A stretch of 16,150 nt of DNA from a virus, in UHGV virus genome UHGV-0095173. One strand, written 5' to 3'. Positions 6,485-15,117 of this stretch are shown in pieces. Position 1 is the stretch's first letter. Every line of letters begins with the position of its first letter. The translations under genes were made by a program, and so were the position numbers. The notes below the pieces were generated by a model. That model did no database searches, had not been told where the DNA came from, and worked only from the letters and a program-made list of their open reading frames with translations.

Positions 6485-7705
6485 TTATCCTTTGCGGTTA
6501 GACCAGAAGTCGGCGTTTTGTTTGTTCAGGGAAGCGATGCTGGTCATGCCCATATTTGGACGTTGTGCATCGCCCGTGGTGCTGCGGGTGTTTCGCCCTT
6601 TGGCAATCTCTGACACGGCGTTAAACGCCATATCTACCGATTGCTTGGGCAATTTGCGGATATCCGCATCACCGACAACCTGGCGAACCAGTGTTTTGTC
6701 AGCGGCAGCCAGCACATCACGTTTGAACGCGGTCGGTTTCACCTTACGGCTCAGATCGATACCCGGGACGATAACTTCGGCACGATAAGCAGCGTCACCA
6801 GTAATCGTGGTTTCTTCTTCATCGTCCTCGCCGTCACCGGTCGGATTATCGTCAGGATTATTGTCGTTATCGCCCGTCGCAGTTCCTTCGAGCTTAGCCA
6901 GCAGGGCTTTGAGCAAGGTTTTGATATCGTCCTCGCCGTCGCCGGTTGGCTCTCCGCCCATTTCCGGCTTTTTGTCCGGCAATGGTTGCTGCGGTGAAAG
7001 GTTAATGTTGAGGTTAACGCCGCTCGGCAGATCCCCTTCGTCACCCGTTACCGCCGCTGGCGCAGAGTCCAGCAGTTCGTTCATGGTGTCAGCGTCACCC
7101 GTTTTGATGGCCGTGCGCATGCGGGTCCACCAGCTTTTCTTTTGATTTGCCATTGTGTCTCTGTCTCCAATTGCACAACGATTTCCGGCTCTGCCTTTGG
7201 GGACAAGAGCCACATGGTTTCCGGTAATATCGACCTGCTCGGCTTTACCTGGCTCGGTCTGCTCGTACTCCGCGTCATAGCCGCACGACACTTCACGCAG
7301 GCCATCTTCGATAAGCTGAATGGCGTTTTCGTCTTTGACGATAAGGTCAGCCAGCATCAAATCAGACTGATCACCAGTCCCGCGCCGAACGTTCTGAAGA
7401 TGCCCGACCGCAAGCTCTTTCCAGTTCTCGGGGTTGACCAGCCGCACATTCCCGTTTTCATCTTCAGGATGCAGGATCGTGATGCTCATCCCTTCGAATG
7501 AGGCGAGCGTGGCCGGATGGAATACCTGCTCAGGAGAACGCGTGACGACTATTTCACCGAACTTATCGGGTTTCAGTTTTGGCAGGTCATCAGCACCATA
7601 GAGCTGCTTACCCGTTCGACCTATCGGCACGTCTTTGCACAGCAGCGAGCCGTCAGCCAGCTGATAGCGGGTTTCCCCCAGCCGGGTGTAGAAGAAATAT
7701 TTCAT
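6485..7705 (-). CDS. phage head scaffold/protease-like protein (DUF2213-like, 406 aa)
   Basis: Follows portal and head-morphogenesis genes. Motif GNHVALVPKGRAG. Acidic, low-complexity C-terminal half with two PTGDGEDD copies. Start overlaps the upstream stop (ATGA). DUF2213 assignment is from memory. Confidence 0.75.
   Translation of the reverse strand: MKYFFYTRLGETRYQLADGSLLCKDVPIGRTGKQLYGADDLPKLKPDKFGEIVVTRSPEQVFHPATLASFEGMSITILHPEDENGNVRLVNPENWKELAVGHLQNVRRGTGDQSDLMLADLIVKDENAIQLIEDGLREVSCGYDAEYEQTEPGKAEQVDITGNHVALVPKGRAGNRCAIGDRDTMANQKKSWWTRMRTAIKTGDADTMNELLDSAPAAVTGDEGDLPSGVNLNINLSPQQPLPDKKPEMGGEPTGDGEDDIKTLLKALLAKLEGTATGDNDNNPDDNPTGDGEDDEEETTITGDAAYRAEVIVPGIDLSRKVKPTAFKRDVLAAADKTLVRQVVGDADIRKLPKQSVDMAFNAVSEIAKGRNTRSTTGDAQRPNMGMTSIASLNKQNADFWSNRKG
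6806..7051 (-). repeat. in-frame acidic repeat region inside the scaffold-like gene
   Basis: Near-identical 22-bp direct repeats at about 6821-6843 and 6927-6949 (atcgtcctcgccgtc[a/g]ccggt[c/t]gg), encoding PTGDGEDD twice amid a Gly/Asp/Asn-rich stretch. Confidence 0.6.
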
Positions 7706-7902
7706 CCATCCGCCGCCTTAGTGGATTTAATAAACTCACGCAGCAGATGCTTTATCTGACGCGCATTACCACGACCTATAAGTTGGCAGCGCTTTGCTCT
7801 ATCACCAACAGATTGATAAATAGCCTCTACGCCATTGTATTTAGCAGTGATGCGCGTAGCTTCGCTGGCCTGTTCTTTCAGGAAATAGATTGTTTTTTCC
7901 AT
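7702..7902 (-). CDS. hypothetical small protein (66 aa) between head-morphogenesis and scaffold genes
   Basis: ORF track entry. AGGT about 6 nt upstream of ATG 7902. Its stop overlaps the scaffold start (ATGA). Basic C-terminus (KRCQLIGRGNARQIKHLLREFIK). Confidence 0.5.
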   Translation of the reverse strand: MEKTIYFLKEQASEATRITAKYNGVEAIYQSVGDRAKRCQLIGRGNARQIKHLLREFIKSTKAADG

Positions 7903-7916
7903 GGGTTACCTGCAAT

Positions 7917-8690
7917 TCAGGCGAGATAGGGATGAGGTGTCGGGAATACGATTTCTTTGTAGCAACGGCAGTTAGGTAACTCCCCGGCGTGACCGGTCAT
8001 GCCGTCAAGCGTTGGAGGTCGGCCCCATTCGACAAACTTCCCTTCCATCTCTCGATGAGAATGCCGGACGTCGCCATCTTCGGCTGTACGCCAGATATAA
8101 CCATTCGAGCCGATTGACAGCGCACGCGCCTGATCCAGTGCACCGGTTGCGCGCCCAAGCTCAGTCCGGGCGATAAGGTTCGCTCGTGAGCGTGACACGT
8201 CACCGGAAGCAGCTATCTCTTTCGCGAATGGCTCAGCGCGGCCACCAGTCACAACAGCCTCGATGGCTTTGTTCTGAATGTCATACACCCGATCGGCAGC
8301 CTCAAGAGGCAGCGATTTGATGTACTTAATTTGCTCGGCGACGATGGATTTCATCACCTGGCCTACCGGGGCGCGGTCAACCATGTTGCGCAGCTCTGAG
8401 CTGATGTTCCGGCTGTGCTGACGCCACTGCTTTTCATTCTGGCGCGCTATGTCTGCGGTGAAGTTCTCAGCTACCTTAGTCGCCCAGGGAGTGATGATTT
8501 CGCTGTAGCGCTCCAGCGCATCCATTATTTCGGTGACACTATCGTTTGAACCATCGTAGCGACCATTTACGATATCCCCGACCGCCCGCGCTATCTGCCG
8601 TAGACTCGTTCGATATCGGATCTCCGCCTGGCGGCTCTGGCGGTTTGTCGCCAAGTTCGCCGATGCCTGGCGGCGCTTCGTCTTCGGCAT
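7917..8690 (-). CDS. phage head morphogenesis protein (Mu gpF / SPP1 gp7 family-like, 257 aa)
   Basis: Position directly after the portal gene and overall sequence character. GAGGA 8 nt upstream of ATG 8690. Overlaps the portal 3' end by about 150 bp in another frame, so the true start may be internal. Confidence 0.8.
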   Translation of the reverse strand: MPKTKRRQASANLATNRQSRQAEIRYRTSLRQIARAVGDIVNGRYDGSNDSVTEIMDALERYSEIITPWATKVAENFTADIARQNEKQWRQHSRNISSELRNMVDRAPVGQVMKSIVAEQIKYIKSLPLEAADRVYDIQNKAIEAVVTGGRAEPFAKEIAASGDVSRSRANLIARTELGRATGALDQARALSIGSNGYIWRTAEDGDVRHSHREMEGKFVEWGRPPTLDGMTGHAGELPNCRCYKEIVFPTPHPYLA

Positions 8691-10008
8691 TCTCGATATC
8701 CTCGTCGGTAATGGATGCCCCGATGCCGGTGACGTCAGAGTTTTCGCGCAGGTCGGTCATCGCCGCCTTACGCGTCATCAATCCGTCGCCCAGCGCGGTA
8801 CTGATCGCGTTGGTGGTGTTTACGGCCACCGTTGATCGGTCAACGTCTGACATTTGCCATAGCGGGTTAAACTCAAACGTGAAATCGTCCGGCAGCGGCT
8901 TTCCGAGTTCCGAGCGGTGCATAATGTCCAGTATCCGGCGCATCGGCAGTCGTAAGCGGCGCTCCTGCAATGAGCTCACCCGGTCGTAATAGTTGGCGAG
9001 GTCTGCATCACCAGTAGAGAAGCCTTTCGGGGATTGACCGAACAGGCGTACCAGCGGGATACCAACGGCACCGCTGATCTGCTCAGCAAACTGCGAAAGA
9101 ATGTCATCCAGACCACTAAAGCTGTACTGGTGGGTTTCGAACTTATCCCGCGAGTCCATGAGCGTCATACCTTCATTGCTCTGGAACTGGCGGATCAGGT
9201 CGATGTTCTTCAGCAACGCTTCGAACGCCGGGCCTCCAAGCGCGATAAGCTCGCGCAACTTCTCCACGCTATAGGTACGCAGATGTGCTTTGTAGACCAG
9301 CTGCGCCGCGCCGACAGTGGCGCTGTCGAACGCAGTAAGCCGATCCCAGATACGCTCTACAACCGACATTCCCCATTCGTTTTCGGTCATCTTCTGCTGG
9401 AATGGCAGCGTGACGCCATCAAAGCGGATCAGGCGGCTGTGATGGATGCGCCAGGCCGGAATGCCCGTTGCGGTGGTCACCACGTCGTAAAACTCAGGCT
9501 TGCCGAGGTCCGGCCCCATCTCTTTAATGCGGCGTGTCAGCACCGGGTTAATCATCCAGCGGTCGAGCGGGAGAATGCCCTTAAACTTGCCCTCGCCAAT
9601 GGTTTCGAGTCGCAGCGGGGTCATTGGTGCTTGCCCCTCGATCATGATGAAGCCGACCGCGCCGCCGTAGAGGCGCGACCATTTCAGCACGTCGTTCAGC
9701 GCATCCCAGATCTGCAACTCATCCAGTTGCGCTTCGAGGGTGCCACGGTCTTTGGCGTCAATCTCCGAAGTGATGCGAATGCCCTTTCGGGTCATATCGT
9801 CCGGGATAGCGTCGACCGCTTCACCGATAACCCACGAACCGCGATATGACCATTCCACCAGCATGCGGTTGCGGCTGGTGAAGTTCGCCCGGTAGGTCGA
9901 TGCAGAGTGCTGATTAGGCGTCTGCATCCCCACGCGGGCGACAAAGTTCTCATAGCCATCAGCGGTGGCCTGCGCCGTTCGCTGAGAGGCTTTCTTGTTT
10001 CGTGCCAT
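8539..10008 (-). CDS. phage portal protein (about 489 aa)
   Basis: Size and position directly after the large terminase; acidic, disordered C-terminal tail. Start set to ATG 10008-10006, which overlaps the terL stop (ATGA); the track's longer ORF begins at a TTG at 10035. Confidence 0.9.
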   Translation of the reverse strand: MARNKKASQRTAQATADGYENFVARVGMQTPNQHSASTYRANFTSRNRMLVEWSYRGSWVIGEAVDAIPDDMTRKGIRITSEIDAKDRGTLEAQLDELQIWDALNDVLKWSRLYGGAVGFIMIEGQAPMTPLRLETIGEGKFKGILPLDRWMINPVLTRRIKEMGPDLGKPEFYDVVTTATGIPAWRIHHSRLIRFDGVTLPFQQKMTENEWGMSVVERIWDRLTAFDSATVGAAQLVYKAHLRTYSVEKLRELIALGGPAFEALLKNIDLIRQFQSNEGMTLMDSRDKFETHQYSFSGLDDILSQFAEQISGAVGIPLVRLFGQSPKGFSTGDADLANYYDRVSSLQERRLRLPMRRILDIMHRSELGKPLPDDFTFEFNPLWQMSDVDRSTVAVNTTNAISTALGDGLMTRKAAMTDLRENSDVTGIGASITDEDIENAEDEAPPGIGELGDKPPEPPGGDPISNESTADSAGGRGYRKWSLRWFKR

Positions 10009-11450
10009 CAGGCCTGTCTCCCTAGCAGCTCCCAAATATCCATTGTTGTATCGGTCGGCGCGAACGCCATTATGAAAGCGTCGGCAATGTTAGGTGAGGG
10101 GATATCGCGCTTAGCCAAATCTTTCTTGCTTTCAACCATAACCCTACCGTTACGATCAAAGTCTCGGTGCGGGGTCGTCAGCTCAAGCTTTAGTTTCTCC
10201 AGGTGCGGGCACGATGAATCGATACTTATCAACTCATCAACAGGATATTCCTCTCCATTTTTCACCGCGTTGAACGTATTACGAAAGCGATCAGCTACCA
10301 GCCACCATGCCTGGGCTTTCAGATTGGCAAAGAAGTCTTTATTCGGAATGCCGTTATATTCAGAATCTGGCTCGTTCACACCAGCGCCAGCATTGAAGCG
10401 TTGATAATTAACTGGTCGTGAATAAGGATTTTCACGTCGTCTGTCTTCGTTAATTTCCGAGAATTTAGCACCAGCAGAAGCGCCAACACCAATGGAGTCA
10501 TAAACGATATCAGCACTTCTCTCTGTGGCTGCCTGATATGCCCGCTGGCAGCTTTTAAGAAGCTCGTCTTCTTTTGCCTTCCATTCATCAGCCCAATACA
10601 CAACGGAGCCATGACGATAAACATTGGAGCACTTATCCGCACCGCTATCGGCAACGTCGAAGCCTATTCGCTTTCGTCCGTTTGGCTCAAAACCAAGCAC
10701 CTTATGGGCATCTATTGCAGCCTCAATCCACGAAAGTTTAATAATTGCCGCGTCATCATCAGATTCGGGAACCCCCATATAAACGTGGTCAAACCCCTCC
10801 GGATCACGACGCTTTGCAGCCGAGATAACCTTAAGCATGGTGTCTGAGAGGAATGGGTTTTCGTCGTAATTGATTTTTCGCACCAACGTATCTTCTGGTG
10901 GATCAACAACGAAATTACGCCATACAAAGTCAGTCACCAGACCAGGGTTAAAAATAAACCAGCATTCAGATCCGCTTTTACGAATGGTTGGTTCCAGTAT
11001 CTTCCACTGGTATTCCGTTAGTGCATGGGCTTCTTCAAGCCACAAAACGCTGATACCTTCCAGGGATTTAATTTCTTCGATATTGCGCCATAAACCGTAA
11101 AACACGAATTCTGAGCCAGTGACCCGGTTGATAATTTTATTATTCAGAATTCGGAAGCGATGCCGCAGCCCAAACCGTTCAATCTGTATTTTGAGCAGGG
11201 TATAAACCGACTCTTCGATTTTGTTCTGAATTTTACGTGCGCAACAGAAACGCAGGTTGTATTTATTTGCCAGAAAGACAGCAAACCCAGCAGCATCCCA
11301 TGACTTTGACGATGAGCGCCCACCAAAAAGTACTTTATTTCGAGCCTGTGTCGTCCAGAAGTTCCTTAGAGCCGGATTCAGGGTCGGTTTGGATGTCAGA
11401 GTAGAAGTCATTAAGGTCACGATCTCCATTACCGTCATCAACGCCAGCAT
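10008..11450 (-). CDS. terminase large subunit
   Basis: Long ORF directly after terS. N-terminal ATPase-type region (KVLFGGRSSSKSWDAAGFAV is Walker A-like; LWLEEAH is Walker B-like). Start uncertain: the track ORF opens with GTG at 11453, first ATG is 11450, and other candidates are 11438, 11429 and 11411; all overlap the terS 3' end. Confidence 0.9.
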   Translation of the reverse strand: MLALMTVMEIVTLMTSTLTSKPTLNPALRNFWTTQARNKVLFGGRSSSKSWDAAGFAVFLANKYNLRFCCARKIQNKIEESVYTLLKIQIERFGLRHRFRILNNKIINRVTGSEFVFYGLWRNIEEIKSLEGISVLWLEEAHALTEYQWKILEPTIRKSGSECWFIFNPGLVTDFVWRNFVVDPPEDTLVRKINYDENPFLSDTMLKVISAAKRRDPEGFDHVYMGVPESDDDAAIIKLSWIEAAIDAHKVLGFEPNGRKRIGFDVADSGADKCSNVYRHGSVVYWADEWKAKEDELLKSCQRAYQAATERSADIVYDSIGVGASAGAKFSEINEDRRRENPYSRPVNYQRFNAGAGVNEPDSEYNGIPNKDFFANLKAQAWWLVADRFRNTFNAVKNGEEYPVDELISIDSSCPHLEKLKLELTTPHRDFDRNGRVMVESKKDLAKRDIPSPNIADAFIMAFAPTDTTMDIWELLGRQA

Positions 11451-12090
11451 CACGACGAAGGCGATCCGCTTCCAGAGACACTTTGTCAGTGGAGGCGAGC
11501 CGATGCTCTATAGATGCCTTTGTGAATTCCAGCGACTCAATGCGGGCCGTGTTACGGTGCATGGCTTTTTGCGCAGATGAAATTAGCTCGTGAAGATTAT
11601 TGGCGGTATCGCCATCAGCTATTTCAAGCTCAGTCTGCCAGCGGCCAATATTTTCAGCAGCGGTAAGGTTCGCCGCACGCAACCAGAAAAGCTCATCATC
11701 AAGAGTGAGCGCCTGAGCATCCTCGGTAATGGCATCAGATAGAAGCATTCGGCGTCCATAGCCACCATGCTTCAATGCGTTCTGATTTCCGGGTCTGGAA
11801 TTATAATGAGCGCGTTTCGTTTCTGGTGAGTTTGATGGTTTTGCGACTTCGCAGTTATCCACTAAGCCCGCTGGTGGCTTACTCTTTGCCACTTTCTCCT
11901 TTTGCGAATTCGCAGTTTTATTCGCACTTTTCTTTTGCGAATTCGCACTACCATTCGCAATTTTGATATAGCGCTTTGCAGTCGAGTAATTCAGTCCCTG
12001 CGCTTCGCACCATTCTTTGGGGGAAATGCCGGTTTTGGCATGTTCGGACAGGAACCGTTGCTGAAGCTCGCCCCAGTCCGGCTTTGCCAT
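11335..12090 (-). CDS. terminase small subunit (251 aa)
   Basis: N-terminal HTH-like domain; motif RPGNQNALKHGGY typical of Gram-negative phage TerS; immediately upstream of terL. AGAGGAAA RBS. Contains the ANSQK-encoding GCGAATTCGC repeat cluster. Confidence 0.85.
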   Translation of the reverse strand: MAKPDWGELQQRFLSEHAKTGISPKEWCEAQGLNYSTAKRYIKIANGSANSQKKSANKTANSQKEKVAKSKPPAGLVDNCEVAKPSNSPETKRAHYNSRPGNQNALKHGGYGRRMLLSDAITEDAQALTLDDELFWLRAANLTAAENIGRWQTELEIADGDTANNLHELISSAQKAMHRNTARIESLEFTKASIEHRLASTDKVSLEADRLRRDAGVDDGNGDRDLNDFYSDIQTDPESGSKELLDDTGSK

Positions 12091-12147
12091 GAATATTTCC
12101 TCTTAATGACATTATCGAAGCCCCTCAGTGAAGAGCTTCTGTAATGG

Positions 12148-12405
12148 CTACTTCGTTTTTGCTTCCGCTCTTTTACGGCGGCGCTCTTCTTTCTTCTCGG
12201 CGTTTGCCATGTCCATGAATGCCTGCATGATCGAGTTCCTCATCATGTAACTGACAAAGTGATGATTGACGCAGCCGTTGAGACGGAGTTGCTCGCCAAA
12301 CTGATCAACCGAGGCCAGCACTTCCATCATGCCCTTCTCGCCTTTCATGAACTCAGAGAAGTCTCGCCCCGCTCTGGAGGCGCATTCGATGACGCGATTA
12401 TTCAT
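12148..12405 (-). CDS. hypothetical protein (85 aa) translationally coupled to the KilA-N gene
   Basis: ORF track entry. ATG 12405 overlaps the KilA-N stop (ATGA). Lys/Arg/Glu-rich C-terminus. Confidence 0.5.
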   Translation of the reverse strand: MNNRVIECASRAGRDFSEFMKGEKGMMEVLASVDQFGEQLRLNGCVNHHFVSYMMRNSIMQAFMDMANAEKKEERRRKRAEAKTK

Positions 12406-12899
12406 CCTTGAAGCCCTGGGATCGTAATCTGCAGCTGGTTAGCCAGGGTATTAATCTCAGCGACCAGCACAGGCTTTGTATAGCGCCATGCAGCGAGGCC
12501 TTGTCCGCAGAAGCTCGCCATGTCTTTCTTCTGGTCAAACTCATGACACTTCATGTTGAGCTGCGCACTTAAGCTGTTGCGATGCTGAAGCTCTCCGGTG
12601 AAGTAGTCATCGAGGATTTTATAAGCTGCGTACTTGAACCCTGGGTTTAACCAGGCCGCATAATCGTAAGCAACAAACTTCCCGCCATAGGTTCCGCCAT
12701 GTACGCCGCGCTCAGTAAAAACCACAGATTCGTGGTTTTTCTCCAGCTCGGCTAAGAACTCTTTGGTCTGCTTGTTTCGCAGGTAGTGGTAAGGCGATTC
12801 AGATTCACTTTTACCACTGGCTTTCCACATATCAGTGAGGCAGATCATGCCATCTTCACCGATACGAATTGGTTGATTGAAGAGGGTTAATGATTTCAT
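12402..12899 (-). CDS. KilA-N domain protein (165 aa)
   Basis: N-terminal IRIGEDGMICLTDMWKA and later GGKFVAYDYAAWLNPGFKYAAYKIL resemble the KilA-N DNA-binding domain. Lies between the lysis cassette and terS. Confidence 0.7.
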   Translation of the reverse strand: MKSLTLFNQPIRIGEDGMICLTDMWKASGKSESESPYHYLRNKQTKEFLAELEKNHESVVFTERGVHGGTYGGKFVAYDYAAWLNPGFKYAAYKILDDYFTGELQHRNSLSAQLNMKCHEFDQKKDMASFCGQGLAAWRYTKPVLVAEINTLANQLQITIPGLQG

Positions 12900-13014
12900 A
12901 GCGTGTACCTACTCTTTGAAATGAACCTTTGCCGCACAGGAAACCAGCCCACCGAGGCTCGCCAGCACTAACTGGTATCCTCAAAGGCCCATTCCAAAGG
13001 GGCAGGTTCGGTGT

Positions 13015-13070
13015 AAAAAACATGCGTTGCGGTACGCATTTATTGCAAAAAGCCCCGCATCGCGAGGCTC
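13015..13070 (-). terminator. two tandem intrinsic terminators downstream of Rz
   Basis: Minus strand: stem AGCCTCGC / GCGGGGCT with loop GAT then TTTTTGC (about 13045-13070), followed by stem ATGCGT / ACGCAT with a 6-nt loop then GTTTTTT (about 13015-13040). The second hairpin also reads as a terminator on the plus strand. Confidence 0.55.
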
Positions 13071-13100
13071 ATTAAATGGACTTTGTGATTTGCAAAAAAA

Positions 13101-13580
13101 TTATTTCAGGCATTGCGTCCTGATGTATTCCTGCAGATAGCCAACCTGCTTCGTCACTGTGACGATTCGCTCTCTGAGGGTGAAATAATCCCGTTCAGCG
13201 GAGTCAGTAAGTCGGGGGCCGGTAACATCGCCCAGGCCGCCGGTGCTGGTCGCTCCGTTCGCGGGACATCTGGCGTTGACGTGCAGCCCACACTTGCCAG
13301 TGCGAACACAACGCTGCAAATCATCAAGCTGCTTTTTAGCATCAGCTAAGTCCTTCGTGTATTTGGCATCCAGCACCGCTGCATCACGCTGGCGGATCTG
13401 CATGTCTTTGATGGTGGCGTTCGCCTGGTTAAGATTCTTAATGGCTTTATCGCGCTGGTCTTTGTAGGTGATGGCGTTGCCGCGGTAGTGGTTAATAGCC
13501 CAAGCCATGGAAACCATCAGGCAGATAACGACAGCACAGATAATTGCTGTTAATCGGCTCACTAATCTAACCCCCAACAC
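13101..13580 (-). CDS. Rz: Rz-like i-spanin
   Basis: Strong resemblance to lambda Rz as I recall it (N-terminal TM segment, [31 protein letters not shown]). The track start at 13580 is GTG; the true start may be the GTG at 13562 (VSRLTAII...). Confidence 0.85.
   Translation of the reverse strand: MLGVRLVSRLTAIICAVVICLMVSMAWAINHYRGNAITYKDQRDKAIKNLNQANATIKDMQIRQRDAAVLDAKYTKDLADAKKQLDDLQRCVRTGKCGLHVNARCPANGATSTGGLGDVTGPRLTDSAERDYFTLRERIVTVTKQVGYLQEYIRTQCLK
13154..13342 (-). CDS. Rz1: Rz1-like o-spanin lipoprotein, embedded in Rz in another frame
   Basis: Lipobox ALASVGC followed by T; proline-rich; C-terminal [11 protein letters not shown] as in lambda Rz1; lies wholly inside Rz. Confidence 0.8.
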   Translation of the reverse strand: MLKSSLMICSVVFALASVGCTSTPDVPRTERPAPAAWAMLPAPDLLTPLNGIISPSESESSQ

Positions 13581-14107
13581 GCCAGCGCGCTTTCCTGGTC
13601 CCGTCTCTCAACCTGACCATAGCAGCCATTCTTCTGGCCTTTGGTTAGTCGGCAATCGCGGCCACCGTCTTTAATCCACCAGCGGATAGCTTCACAGGCT
13701 CCTTTCGTATCGCCAGCATTAATTCGCTTATAGAACGTAGACGGGAAACATTTTCCGGGGCCGATGTTATATGGGCAGAAAGAAGCGATACCCGCTTTCT
13801 GTGGTTCGGTCAGTGGTACTTTGATATTTCGGTCAACCCACGCCAGCGCCTTGTCGCGTTCAATGGCGTTTACCTGGGCGCATTTCTCAGCTGACAGCTT
13901 CATGCCCTGTACTACTGGCTTGCCATCAACCATTGTTGCACCACGGCAAATGGTCCAGAGTCCGCCGCCGTCGCGATATGCTGTCAAGCTGTTACCCTCT
14001 TTCTCATCCAGAAACTGATCGAGAATCACGGGTGCGGAAGCCCCGGCAAGAATCAAACCAACGACCGCTGCGCTCAATTTATTCTTCAGCTTTAGAGACA
14101 TAGCCAT
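13562..14107 (-). CDS. SAR endolysin (T4-lysozyme-like muramidase with N-terminal signal-anchor-release domain)
   Basis: N-terminal weakly hydrophobic Gly/Ala-rich segment [19 protein letters not shown] right after a basic stretch. Glu-8aa-Asp-5aa-Thr catalytic triad in [16 protein letters not shown]. Follows the holin. Confidence 0.9.
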   Translation of the reverse strand: MAMSLKLKNKLSAAVVGLILAGASAPVILDQFLDEKEGNSLTAYRDGGGLWTICRGATMVDGKPVVQGMKLSAEKCAQVNAIERDKALAWVDRNIKVPLTEPQKAGIASFCPYNIGPGKCFPSTFYKRINAGDTKGACEAIRWWIKDGGRDCRLTKGQKNGCYGQVERRDQESALACWGLD

Positions 14108-14357
14108 TGCGCCGATCCTCCCGTTCTTTCCAGCGGAAATACCAGTTCACTGCACAGGTGATTACCGTGCATGCGATACCGACAATAATTGCCCAGTCGC
14201 TCAGGCTTAACCCTGCAATTCTGTCGGCCAACATCCAGGACACCTCTTTTGCTGTTTTTGCTGTTTCGGCATATGCCTTCGCTGATACACCGCAGCCGGT
14301 CAGCGTGGTGCCTGTTCCATATGAAAGTCTGCTGTAAATGGTGCTCATTCTGGTCAT
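14079..14357 (-). CDS. class II holin, pinholin-like (phage 21 S-like, 92 aa)
   Basis: Two predicted TM segments, the first Gly/Ser/Thr-rich. C-terminus NWYFRWKEREDRR resembles the S21 tail. MTRM dual-start motif. GGAGGTG RBS. Overlaps the endolysin start. Confidence 0.75.
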   Translation of the reverse strand: MTRMSTIYSRLSYGTGTTLTGCGVSAKAYAETAKTAKEVSWMLADRIAGLSLSDWAIIVGIACTVITCAVNWYFRWKEREDRRNGYVSKAEE

Positions 14358-14586
14358 AGCCTCACCTCCGATTCTTCGGATGGCGCTGTGTGTGTATGAA
14401 AAGGGTCAGGCCCTCGGGACGATTTAACAAGAAGGCATGTCGATGATGGTTCCCGTGAGCCTGAAATAGAAAGCCCCAGCAAATGCCTAGGCTAAATGAG
14501 GTGCCAGATCATATATCTGGCCGTATAACCTTGCGTTTGGTATTATTAAATCGCCAAAAGTAACCCTTCAAACACAAGGATTTAAA

Positions 14587-15117
14587 ATGACAAAAAGGAA
14601 GTACCGATTTTATCATGCGGACAGGGGTAACTTGCTGAGCCCTGACATGACAATAATCCCTGTAAATGGCCTCTCTTCATTTGGAAAGCATTATCTCTCC
14701 CGGATAAATAGTGGAAATATGAGCGACGTGCTAGACGAAAATGTACAAAGAGAGATGCTGTATGAAAATGTGCGGATGGAAAATTTCCCATCCCGCCCAA
14801 GCCGATTCTCGTGCCTTTTTGGTGCGAACTCCATTCCTGAAGCGGAAAGCTTCGCCAGAAAGATAATCCCGCAACCGACCACCCCAATTAATATTTATGA
14901 AGTTTTTACTGAAAATTTTGTGATTCTCGATATGAATTGGATGGATTACATAACAACAGATTTCGGTAGTAGGGTTGAATATGCCCGGCAGTACTGGTAT
15001 TCATCAATTACCCAGCACGCCCCACTTACCGGCGATAGGATGATACCAACCCTGGAAGTCCTGCTGCCGCTTCCCGTGGAAGTAGGCAAGCAAGTCAGTA
15101 CTGTCGCTTTTGATTAA
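14587..15117 (+). CDS. hypothetical protein (176 aa), accessory (moron-like) gene antisense to the late operon
   Basis: ORF track entry. AAGGA RBS 6 nt upstream of ATG. Only sizeable plus-strand gene in the window. Looks AT-rich by eye. Sits between the late promoter and the holin. No family recognised. Confidence 0.6.
   Translation: MTKRKYRFYHADRGNLLSPDMTIIPVNGLSSFGKHYLSRINSGNMSDVLDENVQREMLYENVRMENFPSRPSRFSCLFGANSIPEAESFARKIIPQPTTPINIYEVFTENFVILDMNWMDYITTDFGSRVEYARQYWYSSITQHAPLTGDRMIPTLEVLLPLPVEVGKQVSTVAFD

Noticed and set aside
6471-7501. ORFs 6471-6788, 6641-6997, 6751-7044, 6807-7145, 7081-7305 and 7142-7501 inside the scaffold-like gene
   Set aside because: Alternative-frame or antisense ORFs of a repeat-rich region; the Ser/Pro-rich 6807-7145 product is the mirror of the acidic repeat.
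7517-7929. Plus-strand ORFs 7517-7759 and 7579-7929
   Set aside because: Antisense to the 66-aa and scaffold genes, without start signals.
7997-10404. ORFs 7997-8203 (-), 8546-8989 (+), 9034-9849 (+) and 9907-10404 (+)
   Set aside because: Nested in or antisense to the head-morphogenesis, portal and terL genes; the 271-aa plus-strand ORF is the typical long antisense frame of a GC-rich gene.
10376-11580. ORFs 10376-10654, 10611-10847, 10712-10927, 10870-11100, 11144-11326 and 11257-11580
   Set aside because: Short alternative-frame ORFs within terL and terS.
11775-12144. Plus-strand ORFs 11775-11966 and 11902-12144
   Set aside because: Antisense to terS; their odd composition comes from the GCGAATTCGC repeats.
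13113-13467. Plus-strand ORFs 13113-13349 and 13243-13467 inside Rz
   Set aside because: Antisense to Rz/Rz1; the only nested gene supported by motifs is Rz1 on the minus strand.
13764-14337. Plus-strand ORFs 13764-14018 and 14107-14337
   Set aside because: Antisense to the endolysin and holin genes, with no RBS.
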